Positions 60,765-64,000 of a stretch of DNA of 64,000 nt are shown here, one piece after another. The DNA comes from Eutreptiella sp. 'Long Island Sound 2002' (Eukaryota; Protista; Euglenida). The translations under genes were made by a program, and so were the position numbers. The notes below the pieces were generated by a model. The model ran no database searches. It saw only the letters and a program-made list of their open reading frames with translations, and was not told the DNA's origin. Position 1 is the first letter of the stretch. Each line of letters opens with the position of its first letter. Location of the stretch: the NCBI GenBank assembly GCA_964036045.1, contig OZ038378.1, positions 197,966,001-198,030,000 on the forward strand, in the 5' to 3' direction.

Positions 60765-61315
60765 GGGGGGATAAAATCAGAAGGGGCCCACTTGTGGGCA
60801 AAATGGCTACCTCACCCCTGCCGTCTCGGGGATCCCCACCGCTTGAGAGCGGGGGGACAAAATCAGAAGTGGCCCACTTGTGGGCAAAATGGCTACCTCA
60901 CCCTTGCCGTCTCGGGGATCCCCACCGCTTCAGAGCGGGGGGACAAAATCAGAAGTGGCCCACTTGTGGGCAAAATGGCTACCTCACCCCTGCCGTCTCG
61001 GGGATCCCCACCGCTTGAGAGCGGGGGGACAAAATCAGAAGTGGCCCACTTGTGGGCAAAATGGCTACCTCACCCCTGCCGTCTCGGGGATCCCCACCGC
61101 TTCAGAGCGGGGGGACAAAATAAGAAGGGGCCCACTTGTGGGCAAAATGGCTACGTCACCCCTACCGTCTCAGGGATCCCCACCGCTTCAGAGCGGTGGG
61201 AAAAAATCAGAAGTGGCCCACTTGTGGGCAAGGTGGCTACGTCACCCCTGCCGTCTCACGGATCCCCACCGCTTCAGAGCGGGGGGCTAAATCAGAAGTG
61301 GCCCACAAGTGGTCA
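60765..61315 (+). repeat. Homogeneous 86-bp satellite array (~6.5 units)
   Basis: AATCAGAAG at 60861, 60947 and 61033. The palindrome loop is TT rather than AA. Confidence 0.95.
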
Positions 61316-61857
61316 AAAATGCTATATAGTGGTAGTGTGAGGCGCGCTAAGCAAACCCTTCCCCCCCAAAAAGGGGGGGTTTCGGTTATGTGAAAACCCT
61401 ACTTTCGCCTAAAAATTTGGCCAACGAAAAAAGGGGGGGGGTTATGTAAACCACCCCATGCTGTCGTTCTCCGCAGAAACGCCCCCCCCCCCTTGGGGCT
61501 GGTGCACGCCGGCGGTGGCGATATCATGTGCAACGCCCACTCATGCTTGCACGTATGAAAGCAGAAGGCGGTAGCCCATCCTAGTCCGGTCAAAAGGCGA
61601 GTACGTGGCCTGTTATGGGCAGTGGTTCGCAGGACATTGGTGGGGTGACATGGATCAGGAGAGAAATTAGGGAACTCGGCCTCTGTGAGACGGCGGATGG
61701 TGTGGTATTGGGAGCTCCTAACACGTCCCGGAAGAGAGTGCGCCAAAGATCCACAGGGGCGGAAGATTTCCGTTTCGACTCAAAAGAGGTGGAGGATTCA
61801 GGAGACAAGGCACAACTTGGCCCAGATCTAGATGACAGATGAGGAGTATGCCAGGGT

Positions 61858-62620
61858 ACCGTGCAAACTTTACGAATTTTCAAGCTAATTAATTCCAAGG
61901 GCGGCACGCGTCGAATTTCAGGTTAACACAAAAAGACCTCCAAATTCTAATTCATTATAGAGTGACAATCGGACAAGTGCGCAAAAATTAGGTTTATCGC
62001 AAAAAAATTAATTGATTCTGTCCGGCATTGCGTACACATAGTTGAATGGAGCAGCAATTTCCACCGTGTGCCTACAGCACCCTCTTCCCGATGGTCACCA
62101 TGCAATGTTTCTTCCGTGTCATTCCTCATGAAGCGGCCGTTCAGCGGTATGCTGCATAAAACGACCAGTTGGCCATGGAAGACTTTTGTGGAGGGTTGAT
62201 CACTACAGCCATTGATGTTGCAACTCAAGTACAACCAGCAGTGGCACCCCGAAGAATGCCGCCGGGGCGCCCTCGAAGATTGTTGAACATTGAGGTCTTC
62301 TTTCGGTCCTTCGTGATGTCCCTCGCGGATAAAGCCGTGGAAGCATCCATCGGAAAGGTTAAAAAGGTGTATCGCAAATGGTCTGATAATGAGAGGGAAA
62401 TGGTCTTGCATATGGCCGAAGAAAAGGGGACTAATGGGGCTGCTGTCTCTTTTTTGGCCACTTTGTTCCCTACTACATTTGCGGGGCTCCGCGAGTCCCA
62501 CATCCGGTACTTTCGTAAAATGGCTACGAGAGCACAACAGGGTGCTGCGGACAAACGTGGGACCCTTCGCAAATGTCCACCACACTGCCTGGTGGACACA
62601 AGTCATGCACTCTATTAGTT
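61858..62620 (+). mobile_element. pogo/Tc1-mariner-like relic with N-terminal HTH ORF (62169-62618)
   Basis: TA|CCGTG start coincides with a shift to AT-rich sequence. YRKWSDNEREMVL..AEEKG...AA..F....L.ES.IR.FRK...KRG resembles a pogo/Brinker-type HTH. Right TIR not found. Confidence 0.55.
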
Positions 62621-64000
62621 TCAACGCATTTCCAACCGCTTTGTTATAAAATGCATTTACAACAATCGGTGGGTATGCCTCATGTGATCATCCTCCTTCT
62701 TGGTGCTTGTCTGTGTCATGGACTGCAATACCAGAGTCCACTGGAGCAACGTTGATGTGTACGTGTATGTGTAGCAGTGCCTTGCAACGTGAACCCCAAA
62801 AGGCAGCGGCAACAGGCATACAGAAGAAAACCGAGTGGAATCGCCACAGACGCAAAAAATAAAACAAACAAAAAAATTAATTTTTTTCAGCTAATAGGTG
62901 TGGTTTTCCCAATGTTCTGCTGCGCAAATGCCACAAAAATCGCAAAAAAAATTAATTGTTGGCAAGATTCATACGCAAAAATGAGGGTTGCCCAAATTTC
63001 AAAAGTTTGCGCAGTAGCATTTGCTGCATTGGACCAATCTTGATAGTAACTGCTTTGCTGGGTGCCTGTGCCTACTTGTGGAATGGAGATAGCGCAAAAC
63101 CACAGGGGGCGCTTACCCGTGAGGCCTAACACCAACACCCCCCCCCCCCCGCGCCCCCCACCCCCCAACCCCTTTGGACCCCCCAACCCATACTAGTCAG
63201 CACCTGTTTGGAACTGGCTACTTGGGCGCTTGTGGCGCGCGGAAAGTTTTTTGAGCCTAGAGAATTGGCAAAAAGAAAAACTTGATTTCCCTCCACTGGT
63301 TTTCATTCAAAATGCTCACAATGATTTAGGAAACCGTGCCGCATGTCTTGTTCTGCTGGCCGGGAAGCCTTCGCTGATTCACAGGTACATCTGTTGGAAA
63401 AGGGGACCTTTTTTTTATTTGTTGTGAGTGGTAAAACCAAATTTCACCCCACTTGTGTATATTCCAAATGCTCAAAATGAAATAGGGAATTCAAAAATGC
63501 CCCGAGAATGGAGAAAACTTTTCGACCCCCACCCCCCCTCAGACCCCCCCCCCGCCCACACCGCGGGGGTTGGTGTCTAGAACTAAACTGCAAACCCCCC
63601 CATGCATAACACTAGTGGGTGCCCCTCATGGGTTCCTCGTGGGTGCTAGTCTACCAATGGGCGATGAGTAGTTACAACGAACTATCATGCACTGATTGGT
63701 CCCATGGGTGGGCCAAATCTCTCACTTTGGCTCACATTGCACCTTCCCTTGTAGTGCGCTTACAAGCATCGGCGGTGTGGGGCTCGTTCTAGGCAGTGCA
63801 CTACCCACGCAACCTCAGGATTTTATCCACACTGCGCTATGGGCCAAGTTGAAAGTACATCAACGAATCTTGCCCATCCCCCACACAAAATGATGCCGTC
63901 TATCCCTGGACAAGGTGGTGAGTGTGCACCATGCTATGCATTGCTGCAAGTTCTTTCCGTATATTTACATGTGCCTTTCTAGGGCGTTTGATGGCCCAAC

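Larger units (their letters stand above)
58728..61495. mobile_element. hAT-type non-autonomous element (2768 bp) carrying a zinc-finger ORF and a satellite array
   Basis: TIR CA-Gn-CGTTTCTGCG / CGCAGAAACG-Cn-TTG. 8-bp TSD GGGCTGGT at 58720-58727 and 61496-61503. Confidence 0.85.
56110..61860 (+). mobile_element. Tyrosine-recombinase retrotransposon relic (gag-like ORF then YR), interrupted by two insertions
   Basis: gag-like frames at 56110-57872 end in a decayed Cys/His knuckle. The YR frame at 58067-58727 + 61504-61560 has LRLGEA, WHGHRR.GAAQ and GGW, with 4 in-frame stops. Confidence 0.82.

Noticed and set aside
59110-60774. 554-aa plus-strand ORF
   Set aside because: Starts in a tandem repeat and is the antisense shadow of the zinc-finger ORF. 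No motif.
1-64000. tRNA, rRNA or snRNA genes
   Set aside because: No recognisable conserved sequence or cloverleaf found by eye. tRNAscan-SE or Infernal would be needed to exclude them.

Overview
Repeat-saturated eukaryotic nuclear DNA with one 200-N gap (28328-28527). A euglenozoan, probably euglenid, origin is inferred from GTGCG-type donors, AG acceptors just upstream of start codons, and DIRS-order relics with gag-YR gene order. Four probable host genes lie on the minus strand: a coiled-coil gene (5' exon 320-772), an intronless F-box-like acidic ORF (6534-7433), a complete two-exon alpha-kinase (27042-26695 + 24908-23370, about 628 aa) and the 3' part of a GT49/LARGE-like glycosyltransferase (51462-50800 + 49376-48411). 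The rest is nested mobile DNA. It includes a PIF/Harbinger transposase with 3-bp-TSD MITEs, hAT MITEs with 8-bp TSDs, a decayed hAT transposase, an RT-RNaseH LINE and a pogo-like relic. It also includes two pieces of tyrosine-recombinase (VIPER/TATE-like) retrotransposon whose reading frames are restored when the nested MITEs are removed. The least explicable system is an ~86-bp triple-hairpin satellite found at four or more loci. It shows 41-49/86/172-bp and higher-order periodicities and compensatory stem changes. Two arrays share the same start and end, and one array sits inside a TSD-flanked hAT-type element together with a triple zinc-finger ORF. All coordinates and alignments were read by eye; no database search was possible.
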